The translations under genes were made by a program, and so were the position numbers. From Parasynechococcus marenigrum WH 8102 (GTDB lineage Bacteria; Cyanobacteriota; Cyanobacteriia; PCC-6307; Cyanobiaceae), in assembly GCF_000195975.1 (NCBI RefSeq), contig NC_005070.1, positions 840,001-872,000 on the forward strand: a stretch of DNA of 32,000 nt, given 5' to 3'. Position 1 is the first letter of the stretch, and every line of letters begins with the position of its first letter. The notes under the pieces are model-generated. The model did no database searches, was not told where the DNA came from, and saw only the letters and a list, made by a program, of their open reading frames with translations. Of this stretch, positions 15,608-23,653 are shown in pieces.

Positions 15608-15731
15608 GTTTGGGAACTCGGTGAGTGGGACAAAGGCTCCGATACTGAATCCAGTGCAGGACTGAGGTTTTTGCCGATTTAGCGAATGTTTTGGATTTTG
15701 GATCCCCCCACGCTAAGAATTGCAAAACGGG

Positions 15732-16988
15732 TCAGAACATCCAGAGCCATGGCGGGCGACCACCTCCCGCTGTTGATTGCCCCTTCACGCGTTGGATCTG
15801 CAGTGCGTTGCCGCTTGAGTAGTAATCACGAAGCTCCTTGGCGACGGTCTTCTCGTGAGCACCAATGCCCGCTGCAATCGTCTCTACGGCCTGCGGCTGC
15901 CCTTTCCGCTGTCGTAGGTATTCGAGCGTCTTGGCGATGACTGAGCACCGTTCTGATGGGGTCTCTCCACCGCCTTGAACACCAACAAAGGTGAGGGAGA
16001 AATCATCTGTGGATCCCTGGAGGTCCCAAGTGGTTCCCGCCTCGCAATTCCGCTTGCCGAGGCAGCGCAGCATGAACTGATAGGGGAAGGCATCTTCTGC
16101 TTTGTTGGCCCAGTAGCCAAAGACGTCAGAGCAGGCAGCGGTGAGCATCCCGGTGCCAAGAAAATCGTCTAGCCCTACCGCTGTGCGTCCTTTGGCGGTG
16201 TCGGCTTTGCGGAGGTGAATCAGCAGAAAGATGACAACCCCAAGTTCAGCGGCCAGGTGGTTCAGCTGATAAAGGAACAGGGCGTATTCCGGATCGGTTG
16301 ATTTAATGCCGCGACCACCAGCAACGGTGGTGATCGAGTCAATGCCGATGAGCTTGGCTCCGGTCTTCTGGATCTTGCGCTTCAGTTCAGGAACCATGGC
16401 GGGGTTAAAGCCCCACATCCAATGAATGGGCAGATCAGCGTCAGCGCCCATTGCCAGGAATTTCTTTTTGGCGTTGAGGTCTGATTCATCGCATTGCACG
16501 ATGATTGCGGGACCACGTTGAACGGTGAGTTCATTGAAGAGCGGGGCACCAGATGCAACTGCGATAGCGGCTTGATACATGAGGGTTGTCTTTCCCTCGC
16601 CCTTATCTCCATCAATGCAGACCAGGGCACCTTTGGCACCGAATTGATCAATGCCCCATGTGGCGTCGTGTTGACGCTCCATGAGTTCAGCAAGCGTGCA
16701 ATCTTGGTCGTTGCGTTGCTCATCGATGAGCGTTGCAACGGCTTGATCGAAGGCCTTGCCGTTGGTGAGCCCTGTTTGCTCTCTGAGGTTCTGGAGGGCA
16801 ATGAACCGCTCAGTGGGGGATTCGATGTCTTCGAGCACCTCCAGGCCGAGCTTCAGGGTGTCGAGGGCAACAGCACCTGTGATGACTTCCAGCAGTGCAG
16901 CCTTCTGCTGTTCACGATTGGCGTGCCCGTTTTTGCTGGGCAGTTCAAACACGTCTGCAAGTTGTGGTGGGTCAGAGACGAAAGTCAT
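15732..16988 (-). CDS. RecA/RepA-like AAA ATPase (AAA_25-type, putative replicative helicase) with a C-terminal winged-helix-like domain
   Basis: Walker A is IDGDKGEGKTTL and Walker B is AKLIGIDSITTV. Also present are IVQCDES and VVIFLLIHLRK, as in RepA/DnaB-like island proteins. The C-terminal end is LEYLRQRKGQPQAVETIAAGIG...TVAKELR. Confidence 0.8.
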   Translation of the reverse strand: MTFVSDPPQLADVFELPSKNGHANREQQKAALLEVITGAVALDTLKLGLEVLEDIESPTERFIALQNLREQTGLTNGKAFDQAVATLIDEQRNDQDCTLAELMERQHDATWGIDQFGAKGALVCIDGDKGEGKTTLMYQAAIAVASGAPLFNELTVQRGPAIIVQCDESDLNAKKKFLAMGADADLPIHWMWGFNPAMVPELKRKIQKTGAKLIGIDSITTVAGGRGIKSTDPEYALFLYQLNHLAAELGVVIFLLIHLRKADTAKGRTAVGLDDFLGTGMLTAACSDVFGYWANKAEDAFPYQFMLRCLGKRNCEAGTTWDLQGSTDDFSLTFVGVQGGGETPSERCSVIAKTLEYLRQRKGQPQAVETIAAGIGAHEKTVAKELRDYYSSGNALQIQRVKGQSTAGGGRPPWLWMF

Positions 16989-17606
16989 TTAGAGCCCCTC
17001 CGCCATTGCACGAGCTGCCACGGAGCAAGGGTTACCAAGTTCGTTTTGTTTGAACTGGCGGGCGTCTTCTGCCATGTGTGCAACGGCCTTGAGGTTGTTT
17101 TCAACGCGCAGGCGGTGGAGTTGCTTTAGGTCTGGGTGTTCATGCCAAATGGCTGGTAGGTGCGTTGCCAGGGCTGCTGCTTTGGCTTGCGCATCATCAA
17201 TGGCGGCAAATGAGTATTTGAGTTGGTCTGGGGTGGCCGAATAGAAGTCAGGGACGTTCCATGCGGCGTCAAACGCGGCGAAAAATTGGTCAAGAACGTC
17301 TGACCACTGCCTGCGCTTTTGTTGAATTGCCAGCAGTTGCTCGGGGCTGTTTGGTGTGGGCCGTCGAAGGTCCCATTTCCATTCCTCCCGGTTGCGATCA
17401 CTGTGCGGCTTGAAGACGGCTGCCATGCCGCTGAACCCACCTTTGTGATGGATGAATGCCCATTTCTGACCGGCGATGGTGAGGGTGTTGCCTGGTCGTA
17501 GATCGGTGCCTGTATGGCAAAGGATCGTGTCGTCATTCCATCGACAGTCGGTATCCTTCGTCCTGCCACAAACGGGGCAGGGATTGTTTCTTCCCGAGGA
17601 ACGCAT
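16989..17606 (-). CDS. Zinc-ribbon protein (primase-type Zn finger), replication-module partner
   Basis: N-terminal CPVCGRTKDTDCRWNDDTILCH (CxxC...C...C/H). Its stop directly abuts the start of the ATPase gene with no intergenic base. No recognisable primase catalytic motif. Confidence 0.65.
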   Translation of the reverse strand: MRSSGRNNPCPVCGRTKDTDCRWNDDTILCHTGTDLRPGNTLTIAGQKWAFIHHKGGFSGMAAVFKPHSDRNREEWKWDLRRPTPNSPEQLLAIQQKRRQWSDVLDQFFAAFDAAWNVPDFYSATPDQLKYSFAAIDDAQAKAAALATHLPAIWHEHPDLKQLHRLRVENNLKAVAHMAEDARQFKQNELGNPCSVAARAMAEGL

Positions 17607-17609
17607 GAC

Positions 17610-17915
17610 TCATTCCCCCTCTTTTTTAAGGTGGTCTTCGTCGCCATAGGTTTCGATCAGTCCTAGGCGTTTCTCCAGATCAGCTTTCCGGCGAGAGCCC
17701 TTTTCTTGCACTGCAGCGATGGTTCGCTCGGCAAGTGTTTTTCTGATGGCGTCGATGTCATAGACCACAGGGCCACCAGGGGTGCCAGTGACAAAGATGT
17801 AATGATCGCCAGGCGTCAGCCTGCCGTCACGACGCATTGATCTGAGGGTGTTGTGCTTGATCGCCAGGAGCTTTGCAGCCTCTGGCTCATGCACCCACTG
17901 CGGGGTGGAATCCAT
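17610..17915 (-). CDS. xis: Excisionase / AlpA-like HTH DNA-binding protein
   Basis: EAAKLLAIKHNTLRSMRRDGRLTPGDHYIF matches the excisionase-family HTH pattern. It is 101 aa and only 3 nt upstream of the next gene. Confidence 0.7.
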   Translation of the reverse strand: MDSTPQWVHEPEAAKLLAIKHNTLRSMRRDGRLTPGDHYIFVTGTPGGPVVYDIDAIRKTLAERTIAAVQEKGSRRKADLEKRLGLIETYGDEDHLKKEGE

Positions 17916-17924
17916 CGATAGGGG

Positions 17925-18212
17925 TCAGTTAGATCCCTTCGCCTTGGCTGCTACTTCGTCGAGCAACGCAACTGCTTCCTTTGAATAGAGCAGCACACCC
18001 AATGGGGTGCAGTCTTCCTCCAACGCTTGATCCTGAAGATTCTGCGGAATACGGATAGTTACTCCGTTCCACCGAATGGTTGTTCTGGATACCTGGTGAT
18101 GGCGAGCAGGGCGAGGCAAGTTCTGAGCTTCCAGTGAAGGGGGGAACAGAACCGCCTGTCGGGCAACGCCTAAAACGGCGTCCGCGTCACCTCCAACGCG
18201 CCGACGCCACAT
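17925..18212 (-). CDS. Hypothetical island protein (95 aa)
   Basis: First ORF of the right-end operon, 9 nt from the next gene. NGVTIRIPQNLQDQ is faintly AbrB/SpoVT-like. Confidence 0.4.
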   Translation of the reverse strand: MWRRRVGGDADAVLGVARQAVLFPPSLEAQNLPRPARHHQVSRTTIRWNGVTIRIPQNLQDQALEEDCTPLGVLLYSKEAVALLDEVAAKAKGSN

Positions 18213-18368
18213 GGGGTGATGTCAGGTAGGGACCAGGGAAACCCTGGCAGGAGAACGGCAAGGCAGAACCCTGTGCGCTCATCTCTCGGTGAATCCATGC
18301 TGATACGCAGGCGTAATCGCGTCAACAGGTGTGAGCAGGTGTCGGGGAAAGTCGTGCGAAAGGCCAAT

Positions 18369-18394
18369 AAAAAACCCGATGCTTTCGCACCGGG
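18369..18394 (-). terminator. Rho-independent terminator supplied by the island for the reconstituted tRNA-Pro
   Basis: Minus strand reads CCCGGTGC-gaaa-GCATCGGG (one G.U) followed by TTTTTT. It starts 37 nt downstream of the tRNA 3' end. Confidence 0.65.
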
Positions 18395-18431
18395 TTCGCG
18401 CAAGCGGTTTGGGGAATCGCTGAGATGTCAG

Positions 18432-18505
18432 TCGGGGAGACAGGATTCGAACCTGCGGCATCTTGCTCCCAAAGCAAGCGCGCTACCAAACTGCGCCACT
18501 CCCCG
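18432..18505 (-). tRNA. tRNA-Pro: tRNA-Pro (anticodon UGG)
   Basis: A 74-nt cloverleaf folded by hand: CGGGGAG-UG-GCGC-AGUUUGGUA-GCGC-G-CUUGC-UUUGGGA-GCAAG-AUGCC-GCAGG-UUCGAAU-CCUGU-CUCCCCG-A. CCA is not encoded. Confidence 0.93.
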
Positions 18506-18523
18506 GACGCTCAAGACTAGCGT

Positions 18524-18919
18524 TTAGCCCATATCCAGCAGGTAGTGGACCACGGCAGCCCGGTGGTCCGCATGCACTCCATCGTCTTCGATCGGTCCGC
18601 ACACCTCATCAGGCACGCGGTGGATGCGGGAGAGCGGCTTCATTTCATAGGTCTCACCCTCAGACGGTCCGCAATCCTTGCTGCGGTCCCAGATCTGTCG
18701 TGCGTCGCCGCGGTAGAGGCCAACGATCTGTCCAAGGTGAGCAAATGTGTTGGATCCGATCCGGCAGACCACGATGGCCAGACAGGCATCGAACTCATCG
18801 GTGGAGAGATGGTTGCCGCCGTCCCGCACGGCCCGCTCCTCCATTCCCAGAACCATGTTCTCGAGGGCACAACTGCCCGCATAGAGCCAGCTGCGAACGG
18901 TGATTCCGATGAGGGTCAT
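18524..18919 (-). CDS. Conserved-looking hypothetical protein (131 aa)
   Basis: Its ATG overlaps the stop of the upstream oxidoreductase (ATGA at 18919-18916). Core-like composition and no motif recognised. Confidence 0.55.
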   Translation of the reverse strand: MTLIGITVRSWLYAGSCALENMVLGMEERAVRDGGNHLSTDEFDACLAIVVCRIGSNTFAHLGQIVGLYRGDARQIWDRSKDCGPSEGETYEMKPLSRIHRVPDEVCGPIEDDGVHADHRAAVVHYLLDMG

Positions 18920-20049
18920 GCGGCCTGGGTAACGAGAATCTGGGCCAGGTTCACTGCGCTGCGGAGCGCACCCTCAGCACGCCCGAACCCAGGACCCTCC
19001 ACATAATCTCCGCAGAAGCCCAGCGCACTGGCATCACACCACTGCATCGATTGCGGCAAGGGGTGATCGAGGGGTCTGGAGGCTCCCCAGCGCATGACCC
19101 CCAGAGATTCGGCGGCCTTGCAAGCGCCTTGCAGGTCCGGCCATGGCTGCAGCAGCTGTGGCAGTAGCTCTCGCAGCCGCGCCTCCTCCTGTTTCAGCAG
19201 CACCGGCTGCGTTTGGGGTGTGATGGGTTCGCCGGAATCCAGGCCGTGCATCACCAATCCGGTGCGGTTGTCGGCTTGCGGGTGCAGCACAAGGCGCTCC
19301 ACCCGCCAATGCTCCTGGGCTTCGGGGGTGAGCCAGATCTGACGCGGCAGTTGGTCGCCGTTCAGGGGCAGATCCAGCATCAGGTTCCAGCGCACGGCCG
19401 CGCGGCTCTGCGCCAGAGCGTCCAGGGCATGGTCCAGGTCCGGGTCCTGGCCCGCAGGAACCGCCTCCCGCAACGGCACCTGTCGCCAATCGAGCATGGC
19501 CAGAGAACGGGGATGGGCCAGCAGGCTGCCGCTGAGCACCAGGCGACTCGCCCGCAGCTGCCAGTCGCTGCCGTCCTCAGAGAGGCACCAGTGGTTGCCA
19601 TCCCGTTGCAAGGTGCGGATCCGCCGTCCGAAATGTTGCGTCGTCGCCCCCTCACCCATGGCCAGCAAGGCTTCACAGATGCTGGCCATGAACGGCTTAC
19701 CCTCCAGCCACTCCACATCAGCAGCTCCTTCAGCACGGCTGGCCGACCCATCCATCGCCAATGTGACGACGGTTCCTCCGGCTTGACGCAGGCAGCCGTT
19801 CTCACGCAACGGAGCAAGCAGGGCCTTGAGCCCTTCCGGTAAGGGATCGTCCAGATGAAAGCCTGGGGCTCCGTGATCGAGTCGCCATTGGGGACGATCC
19901 CGTCGCCGGCGTGTGGCCGTCCGACCGCCCGGCCCACGGCCGGCTTCAACAAGGGCGATCGTCCCGCTCCAGTTGAGCTGTCGGAGCCTGGCAATCAGGC
20001 TGCATCCAGCCAGCCCAGCGCCGATGACCGCCAGATCGGCATCAAGCAT
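18916..20049 (-). CDS. NAD/FAD-dependent oxidoreductase (renalase/amine-oxidase-like)
   Basis: N-terminal dinucleotide fold DLAVIGAGLAGCSLIARL...VEAGRGPGGR, 377 aa. The C-terminal GFCGDY..GPG is typical of flavin amine-oxidase-like proteins. Confidence 0.75.
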   Translation of the reverse strand: MLDADLAVIGAGLAGCSLIARLRQLNWSGTIALVEAGRGPGGRTATRRRRDRPQWRLDHGAPGFHLDDPLPEGLKALLAPLRENGCLRQAGGTVVTLAMDGSASRAEGAADVEWLEGKPFMASICEALLAMGEGATTQHFGRRIRTLQRDGNHWCLSEDGSDWQLRASRLVLSGSLLAHPRSLAMLDWRQVPLREAVPAGQDPDLDHALDALAQSRAAVRWNLMLDLPLNGDQLPRQIWLTPEAQEHWRVERLVLHPQADNRTGLVMHGLDSGEPITPQTQPVLLKQEEARLRELLPQLLQPWPDLQGACKAAESLGVMRWGASRPLDHPLPQSMQWCDASALGFCGDYVEGPGFGRAEGALRSAVNLAQILVTQAA

Positions 20050-20058
20050 CAGCCGCGA

Positions 20059-20151
20059 TTACATCCAATATTTCTCGGCGGCAACCCGGGAGAACAGCCC
20101 ACCGAGCAGCGCCAGCAGCAACGTCACGCCGAAGAACACGAAGTAAGCCAT
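20059..20151 (-). CDS. Possible 30-aa single-helix membrane peptide
   Basis: My translation is MAYFVFFGVTLLLALLGGLFSRVAAEKYWM. It is below the ORF-track cutoff and I recognise no family. Confidence 0.25.
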   Translation of the reverse strand: MAYFVFFGVTLLLALLGGLFSRVAAEKYWM

Positions 20152-20252
20152 CCGTCGCCTGTCGTCCGATCGATTGCGCCGTTTCTAACAGCAAGGGATC
20201 GCAACAGACTCCCCAGTCACGGGACGACATCAATTGATGTCAAGCATTGGAA

Positions 20253-20324
20253 TGGGTCGCCTGAGATTCGAACTCAGGACCAGCCGGTTAAAAGCCGGAT
20301 GCTCTACCGCTGAGCTAGCGACCC
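20253..20324 (-). tRNA. tRNA-Lys: tRNA-Lys (anticodon UUU)
   Basis: A 72-nt cloverleaf: GGGUCGC-UA-GCUC-AGCGGUA-GAGC-A-UCCGG-CUUUUAA-CCGGC-UGGUC-CUGAG-UUCGAAU-CUCAG-GCGACCC-A. Confidence 0.93.
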
Positions 20325-20407
20325 GCCCGCTTGGGCATGCCATTTCAGGCACCAATGGACATTATCACTCGGTCAGGCTGAGGATCAGCGGGCGTTGTGA
20401 ACCTGTG

Positions 20408-20926
20408 ATGGCTCCGTTGACCTCCGCCTCAGCGCCATGGCCGGCAGCTCAGATCCACCCCGGGGCTTGGGTGTCTACTTCGGCAGTGGTGATCGGAAAC
20501 GTGACCATGCAGGAGGGCAGCAGCCTCTGGCCGACGGCCGTGGCCCGGGGAGATTGCGCTGAGATCCGCATCGGAGCTCGCAGCAATGTTCAGGATGGTG
20601 CCGTGCTCCATGGCGATCCCGGTCAGCCGGTGCTGATCGGGGTTGATGTCACGGTCGGTCATCGAGCCGTGATTCACGGTGCGACCCTGTCGGACGGCTG
20701 CCTCGTCGGAATCGGCGCCATCGTTCTCAATGGCGTCACCGTGGGCGAGGGGGCTTTGGTGGCCGCCGGTGCTGTCGTCACCAAAGACGTTCCAGCCCGG
20801 AGTTTGGTGATGGGCGCACCCGCGCAGCTGAAGCGGGAGCTCAGTGCTGAAGCGGTGGAGGACCAACGCAGCCATGCCCACAGCTACGCCGAACTGGCCA
20901 GGCAGCACGCCCAGGCAGGCGGTTGA
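20408..20926 (+). CDS. Gamma-carbonic-anhydrase-like / hexapeptide-repeat (LbH) protein
   Basis: The ATG at 20408 avoids the tRNA overlap. It has left-handed beta-helix hexapeptide periodicity (IGNVTM, IGARSNV, IGVDVTV, VGIGAIV, VGEGALV) and the HGD...GH..V.HG pattern of the YrdA/PaaY-like family. Confidence 0.8.
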   Translation: MAPLTSASAPWPAAQIHPGAWVSTSAVVIGNVTMQEGSSLWPTAVARGDCAEIRIGARSNVQDGAVLHGDPGQPVLIGVDVTVGHRAVIHGATLSDGCLVGIGAIVLNGVTVGEGALVAAGAVVTKDVPARSLVMGAPAQLKRELSAEAVEDQRSHAHSYAELARQHAQAGG

Positions 20927-21011
20927 TTGCTGCATTTTTGATCAGCTTGACGTCTTGGTCGTGGGTTTCTCGCGGAAGTCCGTAAGATCGCCCGGAAGTC
21001 TTCCTACCCCC

Positions 21012-21230
21012 ATGAGCGTCGCCCGCGTTGCCATCGGCCTCATCGTCATCCTCGCGATCGTCGCCTACTCCGCTTACAGCGTGATCACCACGGGTCAGGT
21101 GCTGGGTATTGATGCTCGCCTGTTCCTCGTCGTGGCCCCAATCCTGGCCGCTGTGAGCTGGGCCGCCTTCAACATCGGCCGTGCCGCCGTCGGTCAGCTG
21201 CAGCTGCTGATCAAGCGCAGCCGCGCCTGA
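21012..21230 (+). CDS. psbY: Photosystem II protein PsbY (C-terminal 40 aa) with a possible extra N-terminal helix
   Basis: LFLVVAPILAAVSWAAFNIGRAAVGQLQLLIKR matches the PsbY core (..P.L.A..WA.(F/I)NIG.AA..QLQ). The in-frame ATG at 21012 adds MSVARVAIGLIVILAIVAYSAY. A short form would need the GTG at 21099. Confidence 0.7.
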   Translation: MSVARVAIGLIVILAIVAYSAYSVITTGQVLGIDARLFLVVAPILAAVSWAAFNIGRAAVGQLQLLIKRSRA

Positions 21231-21277
21231 TTTCAACGCACTCCCAACAACGCAGGCATCCGTAGGCTGAACGCTGC

Positions 21278-22663
21278 TTGCTTCAGCTTCTGTTGTCTGT
21301 TGAACGACCCGTCACAGTGCTGGGGGCAGGCCTCGCCGGTACCGAGGCGGCCTGGCAGGTGGCCCGAGCCGGCATTCCGGTGACCATCGTTGAGATGCGT
21401 CCGATGCGACGTTCCCCTGCCCATCACAGCAGTGATTTCGCTGAGTTGGTCTGCAGCAACAGTTTTGGTGCCCTGAGCAGCGATCGGGCTGCAGGCCTGC
21501 TGCAAGAAGAAATGCGGCGCCTGGGCTCCCTGGTGATTGAGACAGCGGACGCCCATGCCGTGCCCGCAGGAGGAGCCCTGGCCGTCGACCGCGGCCGCTA
21601 CAGCGCCGCTCTCACTGAAGCGCTGGATCAGCATCCTCTGGTGACCATCGAGCGGCGTGAACAGCAGGCTCTGCCAGGGGACGATCAGATCACCGTGCTG
21701 GCCACGGGGCCGCTGACCAGTGAACCGCTGGCCGAAGACCTCCGCGCCTTCACCGGACGGTCGGATTGTCATTTCTTTGATGCCGCCAGTCCGATCGTCC
21801 ATGGCGACAGCATTGATCTCAACGTTGCCTTCCGCGCCAGCCGTTACGACAAAGGCGATGCGGACTACATCAACTGCCCGATGGACAAGGAGCAGTACCT
21901 CGCCTTCCGTGAAGCCCTGCTGACGGCTGAACAGGCTGAGCTCAAGGATTTCGACAAAAACGACGCCACCTTCTTCGAGGGATGTCTGCCGATCGAAGAG
22001 CTTGCCCGTCGTGGCGAGGACACCATGCGCTATGGCCCGCTCAAACCCATCGGACTGTGGGACCCCCGCTGGGGAGATGTGAACGACCGTGATGTGCGTC
22101 GTGCCAAGCGGGCTTATGCCGTGGTGCAGCTGCGCCAGGAAGACAAGGACGGTCGGCTCTGGAATCTCGTTGGCTTTCAGACCAACTTGAAATGGGGTGA
22201 GCAGAAAAGGGTGCTGCAGATGATTCCAGGTCTGGCAGAGGCCGAATTCGTGCGTTTTGGGGTGATGCACCGCAACACCTTTTTGGAGTCTCCGCAATTG
22301 CTGGAGCCAACCCTGCAATTCCGCAGTCGTTCCTCACTGCTGGCAGCAGGCCAGATCACCGGCACTGAGGGCTATGCCGCCGCTGTAGCCGGTGGATGGC
22401 TTGCGGGCACTAATGCCGCTCGCCTCGCCAGAGGATTGGCGCCGATTGATCTGCCTGCTACCTGCATGAGCGGCGCCCTGACTCACTTCGTCAGTGAAGC
22501 TCCCACAGCCAAATTCCAGCCGATGCCCCCCAACTTCGGCCTGCTGCCGGAGCTGCCGGAGCGGATCCGCGACAAGCGCGCCCGCTACGGCGCCTACCGC
22601 GATCGGGCCCTGCGGGATCTTGAACGGATCAAGGCCCTGACGCCGAACGCCCTGGTGGCATGA
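21278..22663 (+). CDS. trmFO: Methylenetetrahydrofolate-tRNA-(uracil-5-)-methyltransferase TrmFO (Gid)
   Basis: [21 protein letters not shown] fold and VCSNSFG. About 450 aa with [22 protein letters not shown], as in the GidA-small family. The true start may be the TTG at 21293. Confidence 0.85.
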   Translation: MLQLLLSVERPVTVLGAGLAGTEAAWQVARAGIPVTIVEMRPMRRSPAHHSSDFAELVCSNSFGALSSDRAAGLLQEEMRRLGSLVIETADAHAVPAGGALAVDRGRYSAALTEALDQHPLVTIERREQQALPGDDQITVLATGPLTSEPLAEDLRAFTGRSDCHFFDAASPIVHGDSIDLNVAFRASRYDKGDADYINCPMDKEQYLAFREALLTAEQAELKDFDKNDATFFEGCLPIEELARRGEDTMRYGPLKPIGLWDPRWGDVNDRDVRRAKRAYAVVQLRQEDKDGRLWNLVGFQTNLKWGEQKRVLQMIPGLAEAEFVRFGVMHRNTFLESPQLLEPTLQFRSRSSLLAAGQITGTEGYAAAVAGGWLAGTNAARLARGLAPIDLPATCMSGALTHFVSEAPTAKFQPMPPNFGLLPELPERIRDKRARYGAYRDRALRDLERIKALTPNALVA

Positions 22664-23628
22664 CTGCCGACACCGCAGCGTTCCGCCGGATCGAACAGCG
22701 TTCGTTGCGCTTCGGTATCGGGGCCAATGCCGTGATGACTCTGGCGGGTTTTGCCGCCCACGTGGCCACCGGCTCCTCGGCTCTGCTGTTGGATGGCCTC
22801 TACTCAGCGGTGCTGGTTGGCTCCTCGTTGATCGCCAGTCGGATCAGTCGCAATGTGGTTCGACCTCCCGACCGGGCCTGGCCCTATGGATACGAAGGGC
22901 AGGAGGCTCTGTATGTGCTGTTCCGATCTCTGGTGCTGCTTGGGGTGATCGGCTTTGGGATTGGCAGCGCGGCGTCGTCCCTGATCGGCTGGTGGAACGG
23001 GACGCCGCCACCTCCGCTGCATCTTGAGCCGGTGGCGTCTTACACCACAACCATCACAGCGCTCTGCGCTCTGCTGGCCTGGCGTCATCACCGGGACTGG
23101 ATTCGCACGCAGCGCATCTCGCTGTTGCTGCTGACGGAGGCCCGGAATGCCCGCATCGATGCCCTGATCACGATGGCCACCGGATTGGCCCTGCTGGCTT
23201 CGCCGTGGCTGCTGTTGACATCGTTCGCTGCGCTGGCGCCGATCACCGATGCCCTGTTGGTGCTGCTGGTCAGCCTTGCCCTGTTGCGCGAACCGTTGAT
23301 GGCGTTGCGAAACGCCATGGCTCAAGCGGCAGGCTGCGCAGCCGACCCGGAGATTCTTCAGCGCACCCGACGGGTTCTGATGCAGGAGTTGGTGGGCCTG
23401 CAGCTGCAGATGATGGATTTCACGGTGCAGCAGCTGGGACGAACCGCGTTTGTGGTGGTCTACATCAATCCTTTGCAAGCCCAGGACAGCGCGGTGATTG
23501 ACGGCCTGCGCCACCACATCGATGCCCGCTGCTCCGCTGATCTGGGCCGACCAGTGCACTCGGAGGTGATTCTCACCGCGAAACCACCGATTCATCAGGT
23601 TGATCCGCAGCAGCAGGCGGCCCCTTAG
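22660..23628 (+). CDS. Cation-diffusion-facilitator-like membrane protein (divergent)
   Basis: Six predicted TM segments plus a C-terminal cytoplasmic domain. [11 protein letters not shown] and [11 protein letters not shown] align with the CDF signatures S.AL.AD..HS and HP.GHGR.E, but the His residues are replaced. Its start overlaps the trmFO stop. Confidence 0.55.
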   Translation: MTADTAAFRRIEQRSLRFGIGANAVMTLAGFAAHVATGSSALLLDGLYSAVLVGSSLIASRISRNVVRPPDRAWPYGYEGQEALYVLFRSLVLLGVIGFGIGSAASSLIGWWNGTPPPPLHLEPVASYTTTITALCALLAWRHHRDWIRTQRISLLLLTEARNARIDALITMATGLALLASPWLLLTSFAALAPITDALLVLLVSLALLREPLMALRNAMAQAAGCAADPEILQRTRRVLMQELVGLQLQMMDFTVQQLGRTAFVVVYINPLQAQDSAVIDGLRHHIDARCSADLGRPVHSEVILTAKPPIHQVDPQQQAAP

Positions 23629-23653
23629 CGTCACCGCCAATGGATCCGACACC

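Larger units (their letters stand above)
2410..18476. mobile_element. About 16-kb tRNA-Pro-integrated genomic island / integrative element
   Basis: Bounded by perfect 48-bp direct repeats derived from the tRNA 3' part. Integrase lies at the left end and an excisionase-like/Zn-ribbon/AAA-ATPase operon at the right end. Internal GC is well below the flanks and mosaic. Confidence 0.85.

Noticed and set aside
20042-20233. 63-aa minus-strand ORF between the oxidoreductase and tRNA-Lys.
   Set aside because: It is Arg/Ala-rich, has no start context, and overlaps the more plausible 30-aa hydrophobic ORF in another frame.
21233-22318. Long antisense ORFs in the high-GC core. Examples are 21233-22318, 22804-23655, 23573-25162, 19034-19489, 19213-19842, 19380-19994, 29735-30235 and 31094-31765.
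   Set aside because: Each lies opposite a gene with clear family motifs (trmFO, CDF-like, crtH, FAD oxidoreductase, ycf54, recC). Their translations are Arg/Gly/Pro-rich and low in complexity, as expected of shadow frames in GC-rich DNA.
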